Source: Candidatus Latescibacterota bacterium
Lineage (GTDB): Bacteria > Latescibacterota > UBA2968 > UBA8231
Direction of reading: 5' to 3'
Length of the DNA stretch: 64,000 bases
NCBI GenBank assembly: GCA_965203175.1
Contig: OZ241867.1
Span: 672,001 to 736,000, forward strand
The translations under genes were made by a program, and so were the position numbers. The notes beneath the pieces were generated by a model. The model ran no database searches, was not told the origin of the DNA, and saw only the letters and a program-made list of their open reading frames with translations. This document shows, piece by piece, positions 29,333-38,601 of this stretch (its first letter is position 1; every line of letters begins with the position of its first letter).

Positions 29333-30520
29333 ATGACCAGTACCCTGACCAATCAACAGATCGCCGACTACCGCGCAAACGGCTACCTCATCATCCGCGA
29401 TGTCGTCTCTTCTCAGGAGACCTCCGAGCTGCGAAGCATCGTCCAGCGGATGGCCCGCGCAGGAGCGTATCCATCCTCTCTGAAATACCCCACACCCGGC
29501 AAGTACACCATCAGCGGCAACCGGATCGCCGAGCCCGGATTGTCTCCCATTGCCGAGCATCCTGCGGTCGTCGACGCGGTCGAAGCCATACTTGGACAAC
29601 CCACTCATCTGACCGCGTACGTCGCCTATCTGCGCTCCCCTAGCGACAAAGGCGGCGGCGCTCACTGCGACTACAAGCGCTGGCGCCCCGTGGGTTCCTC
29701 CATGCGTTGGCTCTTCGCCATCATCCCACTAAACGACTTCAACCGCGAATACGGCCCACTGCTCGTCTCGCCCGGATCACACAAACTCGCGCAAGTCATC
29801 GACCCAGATGCTCACATCTTGGATCTCACGCGCCCCGATCCCGAGCAACTGCCCGACTTCATCGATCCCGAACTCAAAGCCGGCGACCTGCTGCTGATGG
29901 ATATGCATACTTGGCACAAGGCACCGGGAGGAACCACCTCTGACGACCGCGTTGGGATTTTCAACAAGTACTGCGCCGTCAACGCACCGCCCGCCGCAGG
30001 CTACTATTCCTACGACCGCACCGCCTACGAAGCGTTGAGCGACGCTGGCAAACGGCTAATACCCCTCCACTTCGACCAACCGATCACCGACACCCGTCTG
30101 CTCATCGAATCGACATCCGATTCAGAGTCTCGTTATCTCCTCACCAGCACTGACGGCAATGGAAGCTGGGAACTGCCCGGCGGCACAGGCTGGGAAGAAG
30201 AAAGGGTCGGCTGGGACGTCGGCGCTCGAATCGGCTCCTTGCAGTCGCTCATCAAGAATCAGTTAAACGTCGATATCCCTTGGGCATCCTACATCGAAGA
30301 CGTCGTAACCGATGGCGGCGTCTCTCGACTCTACGGGTATGCAGACGCTGAAGTGGATCGCGGATCACTTGGCGATGGAAACTGGTTCACGCAAGACCAA
30401 CTCCTGAACATGCTCGGCGAGTCGCACGCCATCTGCCGCGCTGTCTCCACATGGCACAGAGAGGATCTAATTCGGGGCAGGGGCAAGGCGGTCAGCCAGA
30501 GCCGACAGCAATTCGAATAG
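29333..30520 (+). CDS. PhyH-family oxygenase fused to a degenerate Nudix-like domain
   Basis: YRANGYLIIRDV, HCD, SPGSH, KAGDLLLMDMHTWH; C-terminal YLLTS..WELPGG. Confidence 0.75.
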   Translation: MTSTLTNQQIADYRANGYLIIRDVVSSQETSELRSIVQRMARAGAYPSSLKYPTPGKYTISGNRIAEPGLSPIAEHPAVVDAVEAILGQPTHLTAYVAYLRSPSDKGGGAHCDYKRWRPVGSSMRWLFAIIPLNDFNREYGPLLVSPGSHKLAQVIDPDAHILDLTRPDPEQLPDFIDPELKAGDLLLMDMHTWHKAPGGTTSDDRVGIFNKYCAVNAPPAAGYYSYDRTAYEALSDAGKRLIPLHFDQPITDTRLLIESTSDSESRYLLTSTDGNGSWELPGGTGWEEERVGWDVGARIGSLQSLIKNQLNVDIPWASYIEDVVTDGGVSRLYGYADAEVDRGSLGDGNWFTQDQLLNMLGESHAICRAVSTWHREDLIRGRGKAVSQSRQQFE

Positions 30521-30557
30521 GACGGTCTTACCAGCCACGAAGACTAGGCCACTAGGA

Positions 30558-31895
30558 TCATCGAGGTTTGAGATGATCGATGCGCCCTTCCTGGAAATCC
30601 ACTTCCAGCCAAGGGTCGGCTGTGTCGTGGCGGAACTCGTAGAGTTGAGCGCGCATCTGAGCCGCCACCTCCTGCAAGTCGGGGTCGTCAATCCGATTGA
30701 CGCTTTCGGTGGGATCGGCCTCTATATCGTATAACTCCTCGGGCTCCCGCGTGATCACGTGGCGAGTGGGGCGCTGGCCCATAGAGGGAATCGCGTCGCG
30801 CCGCACCGCCGTCCACGTAGTCGAACGAAATAGATCCGTGGGCAGCATGGTGGTGAGACCAGCGGCCAAGTTGCGCACGAATTTGTAGCGCCGGCCGCGC
30901 AGCACCCGGTAGGGATTGTAATCGACCACCTCGTGAAAGCAGTGCGAAAAGAACGTGTACTCCCAGTCGGGGACGGACGGATCGGCTAGTCCCGGCAGGA
31001 GAGAGCGACCGGGCAAGTCCTCGGGAGCGGGAACTCCGCACCAATCGTGCAAGGTGGGGCGGATATCGGTCCAATTGATGAGGGACTGACTACGGGTGCC
31101 GGGGGTAGTGATGCCCGGCACCCGCAGGATAAAGGGGCAGTGGTGGCCGCTGTCGAAGAAGGATGCTTTGGCCCCGGGGAAGGGCATGGCGTGGTCGGTT
31201 GTAACGATGACCAAGGTCTCGTCGGCCCATCCCGATTCCTCCAGTGCGTCGAGCAGACAGCCCACGCCAAAGTCGAAGCGGGAGACCGCCTGATAGTACT
31301 CGGCGAGGTCGGCGCGCACGTCGGGTACGTCGGGCAGATAGGGCGGCACCACCACGTCGTCGGGGCTGTACTGAGTTTCCGGCACGTCGGGATAGGGACG
31401 CTCATTGCCAAAACCCCGACCCGCGCGGTGGGGATCGGTAAACCCCACGTGCATGTAGAACGGCTGGTCGGGGTGAGCGGCCCAAAAGTCGCGCGCGGCA
31501 CGGGCCAATTCGACGCCGTTTCTGGCATTGACTCCAGGCTCAAAGTCGAACGGGTACACACTGGGCGGCTCTACGTGCTTTTTGCCGATGCAAGCCGTGG
31601 CGTATCCATGTTCCTTGAGGCTAGAGAGCGTCGAGGTAATATGGGGGTGCGTGGAGAAACCGTGGATGCCGTGGCAGTGGCCGTACTGGCCGTGGGTGTG
31701 GCTGTGGTATCCAGCGAGGATGCAGGCACGGCTGACCGCGCAGGAAGGGCTAGTGCAGAAGGCTTGCTCGAAGACCGTGCCCTCGCGGGCAAACGCGTCA
31801 ATGCGGGGCGTGCGGACGACGCTATTGCCGTAGCACTCGGCAATGCGGCTCCAGTCGTCGGCAATGAGGAATAGGACGTTGCGCTGGGCAGTCAT
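30558..31895 (-). CDS. Sulfatase, N-sulfoglucosamine sulfohydrolase-like (445 aa)
   Basis: NVLFLIADD, TPRID, CAVSRACILAG, GKKHV, DPHR, TTDHAMPFPGAK, EELYD. Confidence 0.88.
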   Translation of the reverse strand: MTAQRNVLFLIADDWSRIAECYGNSVVRTPRIDAFAREGTVFEQAFCTSPSCAVSRACILAGYHSHTHGQYGHCHGIHGFSTHPHITSTLSSLKEHGYATACIGKKHVEPPSVYPFDFEPGVNARNGVELARAARDFWAAHPDQPFYMHVGFTDPHRAGRGFGNERPYPDVPETQYSPDDVVVPPYLPDVPDVRADLAEYYQAVSRFDFGVGCLLDALEESGWADETLVIVTTDHAMPFPGAKASFFDSGHHCPFILRVPGITTPGTRSQSLINWTDIRPTLHDWCGVPAPEDLPGRSLLPGLADPSVPDWEYTFFSHCFHEVVDYNPYRVLRGRRYKFVRNLAAGLTTMLPTDLFRSTTWTAVRRDAIPSMGQRPTRHVITREPEELYDIEADPTESVNRIDDPDLQEVAAQMRAQLYEFRHDTADPWLEVDFQEGRIDHLKPR

Positions 31896-31902
31896 AGCGC
31901 AA

Positions 31903-32331
31903 TCAGGCAGAAGCCGATTCAGAGGTGCCCTTGTGCCGCTCGCCGTACGGGATTTCGCACGCCTCATCAACGCATTCGACCCTGCCGAACCGATGCCGAT
32001 TGCGCGCGACGAGATCGTAGCCTGCGCGAAAGAGCTGCTTCAGCCCCGGAATGCGGTACACCCCGGTAAATAGATTCCAAGGAGGAAGCCGGCGGTAAAT
32101 CTGGTACACAGCATCCGCCCCGACATCGATCTGCCCGCCAGCGTGAATGAGGCGCAGGCCGGTGTTAAAATCAGAACTGGAGAGGATGGGAAACCGCTCT
32201 TCAATGCCGGTCGTTTGGCGCGGCAAGTACTCAAAGCGGTCATTGCGGTCAAAGCGGCGAATGCGGCCGACACTCCACAGGCAGAAGCGGCATTCGCCGT
32301 CGTACACGATTACGGGACGGGTTTCGCTCAT
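31903..32331 (-). CDS. DCC1-like thiol-disulfide oxidoreductase (DUF393)
   Basis: VYDGECRFC, GADAV, YDLVARNRHR. Confidence 0.88.
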   Translation of the reverse strand: MSETRPVIVYDGECRFCLWSVGRIRRFDRNDRFEYLPRQTTGIEERFPILSSSDFNTGLRLIHAGGQIDVGADAVYQIYRRLPPWNLFTGVYRIPGLKQLFRAGYDLVARNRHRFGRVECVDEACEIPYGERHKGTSESASA

Positions 32332-32559
32332 ATTTCTAAGATTCCTTCTACATTGCAAGTATTTATGATTATACAACAGAAGTAGTAACGTCAACAAACG
32401 CGTTGTGTAGGTGCTGAGTTTATGAGAAATTACAAAAAAAGACTATTCGCTGCGCATTATGAGACATGCTGTAAGTGAGACTATGGCAAAAACGGAAAAC
32501 AGCTTCTTGGATTCTAATAGTGGCCCAATTCGCTGTTCTGACGAAAGGCAAGGCTGACG

Positions 32560-33366
32560 ATGATGACCGAAGAACAACGCTATCTTTTTGATCTATGCGG
32601 TTTTCTGCACCTGAAAAACGTCCTGACCCCGGAGGAACTGGATGCGGCTGCGGATGCCGCTAGTCGCTACATCAACAGCGCACCGGAAGACCTGCCGCCG
32701 CATTTCGGACGATCAGAAAGTCTCAAGGGCTTTGCTCACGGCTTCGCCTTCGACCGGGCGTTGGAAAAGCTGGTCTTTCTGCCGGCCGTCTGGCCCATCG
32801 TGCTGGAGCTGACCAACGGCAAACCCATGCTCGCTAGCGGTACCATGATGCTCGACTCTCCCGACGGACATACCGAGGCAGTGCAACTGCATTGTGCCCG
32901 CGACGACTACGGCTTTGAGAGCGCCCGTTACGAGGTGCGCCAAGGCCGTATCTACTGCGACGACTTTGTAGTGTTTCCCTACCTGGACGATGTGCATCCC
33001 GGTGATGGCGGGCTACTATTGGTGCCGGGGTCGCACAAAAGCGAGTTCGACCGGCCGCCGCAGCTTTTTAATCAGGGTCGCATCGAAGGGGAGGTCCCGC
33101 CGGGTATCGTCAATATCACGCCTGCGGCTGGAGATGTGGTGATCATGCCCGAATGCGTAACCCACGGGGTTCTACCCTGGCGAGCCCCCGACCGCCAGCG
33201 CCGGGTGCTGACGCTGCGCTACCGGCCACACCACCGCCAAGCCGGCCCCATTCCGGAGGCAGTCAAAGAGCGGCTGGCACCCGAAACGCTCGAATTGGTC
33301 GAATCAGCGCACTATACCCAAGAAAAGAAAATCGCCACTCAGCAACGGGTGTGCCTCAGCCAGTAA
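32560..33366 (+). CDS. PhyH-family Fe(II)/2OG oxygenase, non-canonical HCA site
   Basis: YLFDLCGF, QLHCAR, VPGSHK, AGDVVIMPECVTHGVLPW. Confidence 0.85.
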   Translation: MMTEEQRYLFDLCGFLHLKNVLTPEELDAAADAASRYINSAPEDLPPHFGRSESLKGFAHGFAFDRALEKLVFLPAVWPIVLELTNGKPMLASGTMMLDSPDGHTEAVQLHCARDDYGFESARYEVRQGRIYCDDFVVFPYLDDVHPGDGGLLLVPGSHKSEFDRPPQLFNQGRIEGEVPPGIVNITPAAGDVVIMPECVTHGVLPWRAPDRQRRVLTLRYRPHHRQAGPIPEAVKERLAPETLELVESAHYTQEKKIATQQRVCLSQ

Positions 33367-33425
33367 TGGAGTCCAATGCTGTTCGGAACCGAAAATCAGA
33401 GAAAAATTGTTGAGGAGGATTCAGA

Positions 33426-33797
33426 ATGGAGCTGATTCGCTCGCCGGACATTCAGGTGTTCTGTAATTCTGGAATAGAATCTCGACAACTGCTATTTCCC
33501 GAGAACTCTTCTTCGGAAAGGATCGCGATTACACACGTCACCATCCCACCTGGAGGTAAAAACCCTGCACATCGACATAAAACATCAGAACAGATTTGGA
33601 TTGCCTTGCAAGGTTCTGGAAATTTGATCCTGGAAAACGAGACGGTAGAGAAATTCGCTGCCGGTGACGTTGTTCGATTCGAGGACGGTGACCTTCATGG
33701 GTTTGTCAACTCGGGAACCCAGCCCTTTACCTATATGTCAGTCACATCGCCGCCCTTAAATTTTCGTGCGGCCTATGACAGTGGTTGGTCAACGTGA
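33426..33797 (+). CDS. Cupin domain protein
   Basis: PAHRHKTSEQIW..G.G and GDVVRFEDGDLHGFVN; RBS GAGGAGG. Confidence 0.88.
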   Translation: MELIRSPDIQVFCNSGIESRQLLFPENSSSERIAITHVTIPPGGKNPAHRHKTSEQIWIALQGSGNLILENETVEKFAAGDVVRFEDGDLHGFVNSGTQPFTYMSVTSPPLNFRAAYDSGWST

Positions 33798-33842
33798 TTG
33801 CACTGAAATGGATTGCCCTAACAGTATGTATCATTTGCAACG

Positions 33843-34748
33843 ATGACCGCAAAAGAACCACAAATAGAGCAGCTGCTTGATCATCGCGATGAGATCGAGG
33901 CCAGCGTCAGTGCCTATCTGGGACACGAGTGGGGTGTCAGTGAAATTCAAGACCTAGCGAAAAAGTCTTCTCACCCTTCCGCCGTCCTTTCAGACGGGGA
34001 GTTCGGGGTGTTTGCAAAACTCGGACGTGGCCGCTACGCCGCCGAGCAGTTTCGCTGCGAGACTGTAGGATTGTCGGCAATGTCTGCCATGGCTGGTGTC
34101 CTGACTCCCATCGTCGTCGACTGCTTGTCGATACCCAATGGCGCGCTGTTGGTGCTGAAAGCCGTGCGTATCATCGAACGCACGAAGACAGCGTGGGAGG
34201 AGGCGGGGCGTTCGTTGGCACGGCTCCATGCTGTCAGAGGGCCTATATTCGGGTTCGACGAGGATAGCTACTGGGGCGATTTCCGGCAGAACAATCGACC
34301 GCTCGACAGTTGGGACGCGTTTTTCTGGGAACGCTGGATCGAACCCAGAATTGCGTACGGCCTAGATAAAGGACACTTGACAGTCGATTTTGCAAGGGAA
34401 GTTGAGCGGCTGGCGCACCGTCTCGATACAGTCTGCGGATCCCGAGTAGAACCCTCGCTTGTGCACGGAGACGCGCACCAAAACAACATCCTCAGTACCC
34501 CTGAGGGTCCCGTGTTCGTCGACCCGAATGTCCACTTCGGCCATCCTGAACTTGACTTGGCATTCGTCGACTACTTCCAACCGGTGCCGGAGGTCTTGTT
34601 TTCGGCCTACGCCGAGATATTGCCCATCGATACAGATTTTCCCAACCGGCGCGAGTTATGGCGTATGCCGTTCTACCTAGCAATGGTCGAAGGTCACGAG
34701 GGCATTCCTCAGGACCAAATTCGCGCAGTGCTGGATCAATTCTTATGA
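33843..34748 (+). CDS. Fructosamine/ketosamine-3-kinase family protein
   Basis: FAK, E..GL, LARLH, FGF, PSLVHGDAHQNN, FVDPNVHFGHPELDLA. Confidence 0.85.
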   Translation: MTAKEPQIEQLLDHRDEIEASVSAYLGHEWGVSEIQDLAKKSSHPSAVLSDGEFGVFAKLGRGRYAAEQFRCETVGLSAMSAMAGVLTPIVVDCLSIPNGALLVLKAVRIIERTKTAWEEAGRSLARLHAVRGPIFGFDEDSYWGDFRQNNRPLDSWDAFFWERWIEPRIAYGLDKGHLTVDFAREVERLAHRLDTVCGSRVEPSLVHGDAHQNNILSTPEGPVFVDPNVHFGHPELDLAFVDYFQPVPEVLFSAYAEILPIDTDFPNRRELWRMPFYLAMVEGHEGIPQDQIRAVLDQFL

Positions 34749-34824
34749 ACTTTGATGTCGAAGGCTAGGCCGGAATAACCGCCAAGCCAATCAACCTACT
34801 CGATTTTAACAAGGAGTTTTCGAT

Positions 34825-35568
34825 GTGCCAGGTGTCATGTCATGGGAGGAAATGAACTGGCTTTTGCCTGATTTTGATGAGACCGGGTTGATCTATCACG
34901 GAAGTCAGCCCGAGAACCTCATTAGTATCTTCCAAAATGGACTGATTCCCCGGTACAAAAGTCCAAGGGACGGTGCTGAAACTATCTACAATGCGCACTA
35001 CCGGCACCGGCCGAAGTCCATTCCTGACTGGGTAGATCCGCGGCAATGCATTTTCGGTTACATGAACAGGGTCAGGCAAGGAGGCTCTGACGGCATTGTA
35101 GATGGCAAAGTCAACGGAGTGACATTTGGCATTGAAGCGACCGCTCGTGTACGTAGTCGGACTTGGACAGCCTGCTTTCTGTTTTCAGATATGGTGTACT
35201 GTCCAGAGGAAGGGGGGTACTTCGACACGCAGGAGAGAAAAACCTTCTTTGAGGAGAGGATTGAGCCGATTTCCTGTGAAGCATACTGGAAAACCAGCCT
35301 CTCCTTCGACGAAAACTTGAAGATTCGCTGGGATCACCTGTTCACAATGCAGGAATATCATGAGCTATTGATCTGTATGGAGATCGATCCTGAGTTACTA
35401 AGTCTCCAAGGATTCAGGGTGCGGGGGACCAATGGGATACGCGAGGTTCTCAGGAGTGACCTGCGCGAGGTGTTTTTGAATGCCGAGGAGAAGCTCCGGA
35501 ACAACGCGGAGATCGTGCGGGAACTGAAGGAAGTCGCCGAGTTCTGCGGGAGTTCCGTCAGCACCTAA
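34825..35568 (+). CDS. Hypothetical protein, possible ADP-ribosyltransferase-like fold
   Basis: LIYHGSQPENLISIFQNGLIP near the N-terminus and HELLICMEIDPELL later; RBS AAGGAG upstream; start could be 34825 or 34837. Confidence 0.55.
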   Translation: MPGVMSWEEMNWLLPDFDETGLIYHGSQPENLISIFQNGLIPRYKSPRDGAETIYNAHYRHRPKSIPDWVDPRQCIFGYMNRVRQGGSDGIVDGKVNGVTFGIEATARVRSRTWTACFLFSDMVYCPEEGGYFDTQERKTFFEERIEPISCEAYWKTSLSFDENLKIRWDHLFTMQEYHELLICMEIDPELLSLQGFRVRGTNGIREVLRSDLREVFLNAEEKLRNNAEIVRELKEVAEFCGSSVST

Positions 35569-35653
35569 CGACACGGCTTGCGCTGTGGCCCATGTACGCC
35601 TCGTCCTACGCCCAACCGCTGCGCGGTTCCTCCATAGAAAGGTATAGAAAAAA

Positions 35654-36535
35654 ATGCGTCTCCTACCGATTTTAGGAATCTTGGCCGTTTCAACAAATTT
35701 CCAATGTCAGCCGCAGGCAGATTTCAATCGTCAGCCTGTATCCGAAGAGGTGTTCGCAACGATTGCCGACCGCTACGAGTACGACCGGTCTCAGCCTCTG
35801 GACACATCTGTCATAGGCGTTTGGCCTCATAGGCGACCGTATATTATCGAAAAAGTAGAATTTAGTAGCATTAACAATGAGCGCGTGCCCGCCTACTTTA
35901 CTTATCCTAAAGATTCTATTTTTTCGATCGCAACGCGCCATCCAGCCGTTCTGCTGCTTCACGGAGCCAACGATTTCTGGGGCAAGAACGAGGACTGGTC
36001 GCTCGAGTGGATGGATATTCTCTCGCGCGAGGGGTGGTGTGTGTTGGTCGCTGATTTTTATGGCTTCGGCGAACGGAAAAAGGCTGGACAGAAGCCCCAG
36101 TGGTGGGTATCAGGCTCCTACATTCAAGCCGTGACCGACCAGAGACGGGGCATTGACTTTTTGTTTTCCCGTCCAGAAGTGGACACGACCAAGGTCGCCT
36201 TGATGGGTGGGAGCATGGGCGGTTATTTCGGTACTTTCGTAGCGGGTCTTGAAAGCCGATTCACTACTGTCGTCCTGACAGTGACCGGGACCTCGTCGGT
36301 AGGGGCGACAGACGATGCATTGCATCGATTTAGGCATATACTGAATTTTGCCCCTCGGGTTAGTGCACCAGTACTTATGGTCAATGCGACCGGAGATGGT
36401 CGTCCATTTGGCGAAGAGCTCTATAACGCAATGCCAGAACCCAAGCAGCAAATCTGGTATGAAAGTGAGCATTATTTACCGCCAAGAGAATACAACGAGG
36501 ATATACTTAACTGGCTCCACGAACACCTTGATTAA
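35654..36535 (+). CDS. Secreted alpha/beta hydrolase (esterase-like)
   Basis: Signal-like N-terminus, VLLLHG, DFYGFGER, GGSMGG nucleophile elbow, C-terminal His (SEH). Confidence 0.85.
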   Translation: MRLLPILGILAVSTNFQCQPQADFNRQPVSEEVFATIADRYEYDRSQPLDTSVIGVWPHRRPYIIEKVEFSSINNERVPAYFTYPKDSIFSIATRHPAVLLLHGANDFWGKNEDWSLEWMDILSREGWCVLVADFYGFGERKKAGQKPQWWVSGSYIQAVTDQRRGIDFLFSRPEVDTTKVALMGGSMGGYFGTFVAGLESRFTTVVLTVTGTSSVGATDDALHRFRHILNFAPRVSAPVLMVNATGDGRPFGEELYNAMPEPKQQIWYESEHYLPPREYNEDILNWLHEHLD

Positions 36536-36553
36536 GTTGGAGAGGCCTTCTGA

Positions 36554-36578
36554 GGTAGGTCCTTATCTGGACCCTACC
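36554..36578. repeat. Imperfect GTAG..CTAC hairpin (REP-like or terminator remnant)
   Basis: GGTAGGTCC-TTATCT-GGACCCTACC with one bulge. Confidence 0.35.
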
Positions 36579-36625
36579 CGGCTGGCAAATCCTATAACAT
36601 GTAACAGTACGATAGACCACTCACA

Positions 36626-37414
36626 ATGATTAATGATTCTTACAGTTCGGGAGCGAAGCACTACGACGCGGCATACAGCGTCAAAGAAGATTTGGTGGAC
36701 AGGGACTTTTATCTCGATCTAGCCAATGAGTATGGCGGACCGGTCCTCGAATTTGGCTGCGGCACAGGGAGAATCACCCTGCCGTTGGCGCGACAAGGTG
36801 TTGATGTCACGGGGATGGATGCTTCTCATTCCATGCTGGAGGTCTTGCGCGCCAAGCTCACCAAAGAAAGTGAATGCGTACGACGGAGAACACGAGTTAT
36901 AGAAGGAGATTTTCGCACCCATTATCTGGACGATCAATTTTCCTTGGTAGTAATCCCATTCAGACCCATGCAGCACATGTACACTGCGGAAGATCAACTG
37001 GCGGCCCTGCAAAACGCTAGGAAACACTTGGCCGAGGGTGGTATTCTCGCGTTTGACGTATTCAATCCCAATTTCGCCAAAATTCTAACGGGCGTCGGCG
37101 AAGAATACTTGGACCTGGAGTGGCCCGCGCAAGATGGGACGGATCGGATGGTCCGACGGTACTTTGTAAAGGACGAGATTGACTTGATCAACCTGAATTT
37201 CTCGGGCAGGTTCATCTTCCGATTGTGTGAGGGTGATAAAGTTCTGTCTGAGGAAGCACAGCCATTGAAGATGAGTTTCTATACGTATCCTCACCTCAAA
37301 GCTCTTTTCTACGCCGCAGGTCTTGAGAGTGTCGGAGAATTCGGATCATTTGATCGGAGACCAATCGGACCTGACGCGCCCGAAATGATATTCCTACTGA
37401 AGCGCCGGCAATAG
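36626..37414 (+). CDS. Class I SAM-dependent methyltransferase
   Basis: VLEFGCGTGRI, GDFR, HLAEGG. Confidence 0.9.
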   Translation: MINDSYSSGAKHYDAAYSVKEDLVDRDFYLDLANEYGGPVLEFGCGTGRITLPLARQGVDVTGMDASHSMLEVLRAKLTKESECVRRRTRVIEGDFRTHYLDDQFSLVVIPFRPMQHMYTAEDQLAALQNARKHLAEGGILAFDVFNPNFAKILTGVGEEYLDLEWPAQDGTDRMVRRYFVKDEIDLINLNFSGRFIFRLCEGDKVLSEEAQPLKMSFYTYPHLKALFYAAGLESVGEFGSFDRRPIGPDAPEMIFLLKRRQ

Positions 37415-37448
37415 GTACGCACTGAGACGCAGAGGGAAAGAACGAGCC

Positions 37449-38585
37449 ATGAAAACAAGTACTTTACTCGACCATTTCGTCTCTATGCTAAAAGCTAACC
37501 AGTGCCTGAAGTCGGCAAGACTGGAGCACGCGGTGCGAGCTGTCCCGCGCCAATGGTTCGTCGACCGGATGCACACACAATCAAGGTACTTCCGTTTAAT
37601 CAACGTAAATACATCTCGTCCCACGAGGCACCAGCTCGAGCGCATCTACTCAGATGAAGCACTGCTCAGTCACCGAGATCCGCCGAGTTCCACGTCACAG
37701 CCGTCGCTGGTGATGGACATGCTTGAGGCGCTAGACGTTCGTCCTAGAGCGCGAGTGCTCGAAATCGGTGCAGGCACCGGATGGAACGCCGCGTTGATGG
37801 CTCACCTAGTGGAATCATCTGGGTCCGTAGTCAGCATCGACAACCAGCCCGATGTAGCGCGAAGTGCACGGCGGCACCTCAAGCGTACTGGACTGAAGAA
37901 CGTCCACATAGTTACCGGCGACGGCGCCAACGGGCATCCAAAATCAGCGCCATACGACCGCCTGATCACCACCGTCAGTTGTCCAGATGTCTTCCCGGCT
38001 TGGCTGCAACAACTCAAGCCTGGCGGCATTGCCGTAATCACATTGAGCGAGCTTCCCGGTGAGAGTTGGTGCTTGATGCTCAAGCTGCGCAAAACGAAAA
38101 CTCACCTGACAGGAGAGGTGGTTAGCCTGCCTGGATTCATGCTGTTTACGGGTAAGCATGGCAGTCCACCGACTGCGAGCCAGGCCCAGCAGCACCTTGA
38201 CGAGCACACTGGGGCCAAGGTTCGAAAACACCGCGCTGTGTGGGCGATTTTTTCGGGTCAGGGCAACATCGCGATGCGGCGCGACTTGGCTTTTTTCGCC
38301 CATCTGGAAGGACTGCGCGTGGAGTCTCTGGGGAACCGATTCGTCCTATCTGCACCTGACGCCAAGGGACTCTGCGTTCTGGATGACACACATATCGATG
38401 TGCTTGGTGGCACCGAGTGCTACAGTCTGTATGAGAAAATCCAAGATCGGTGGCTGAACCTAGGCGCCCCAAAGCGCCTGCAATACCGCGTGGAAGTGTG
38501 GCCGCTGGCCGTGCAGAAACGCCAGCCTCGCAATGGCTGGCTAACGCGCAGATCGCACTGCCAGTTAATATTCCGACTCAAGTAA
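37449..38585 (+). CDS. Protein-L-isoaspartate O-methyltransferase family, long form with C-terminal extension
   Basis: VPRQWF, SSTSQPSLV, VLEIGAGTGWNAAL, GDG..G....APYDRLI, QLKPGG; extension ending WLNLGAP. Confidence 0.85.
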   Translation: MKTSTLLDHFVSMLKANQCLKSARLEHAVRAVPRQWFVDRMHTQSRYFRLINVNTSRPTRHQLERIYSDEALLSHRDPPSSTSQPSLVMDMLEALDVRPRARVLEIGAGTGWNAALMAHLVESSGSVVSIDNQPDVARSARRHLKRTGLKNVHIVTGDGANGHPKSAPYDRLITTVSCPDVFPAWLQQLKPGGIAVITLSELPGESWCLMLKLRKTKTHLTGEVVSLPGFMLFTGKHGSPPTASQAQQHLDEHTGAKVRKHRAVWAIFSGQGNIAMRRDLAFFAHLEGLRVESLGNRFVLSAPDAKGLCVLDDTHIDVLGGTECYSLYEKIQDRWLNLGAPKRLQYRVEVWPLAVQKRQPRNGWLTRRSHCQLIFRLK

Positions 38586-38601
38586 GGGAACTCGTCATAC
38601 C

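Noticed and set aside
32332-32559. AT-rich 230-bp gap as a possible sRNA or riboswitch
   Set aside because: No recognisable conserved structure or terminator; adequately explained as a divergent promoter region.
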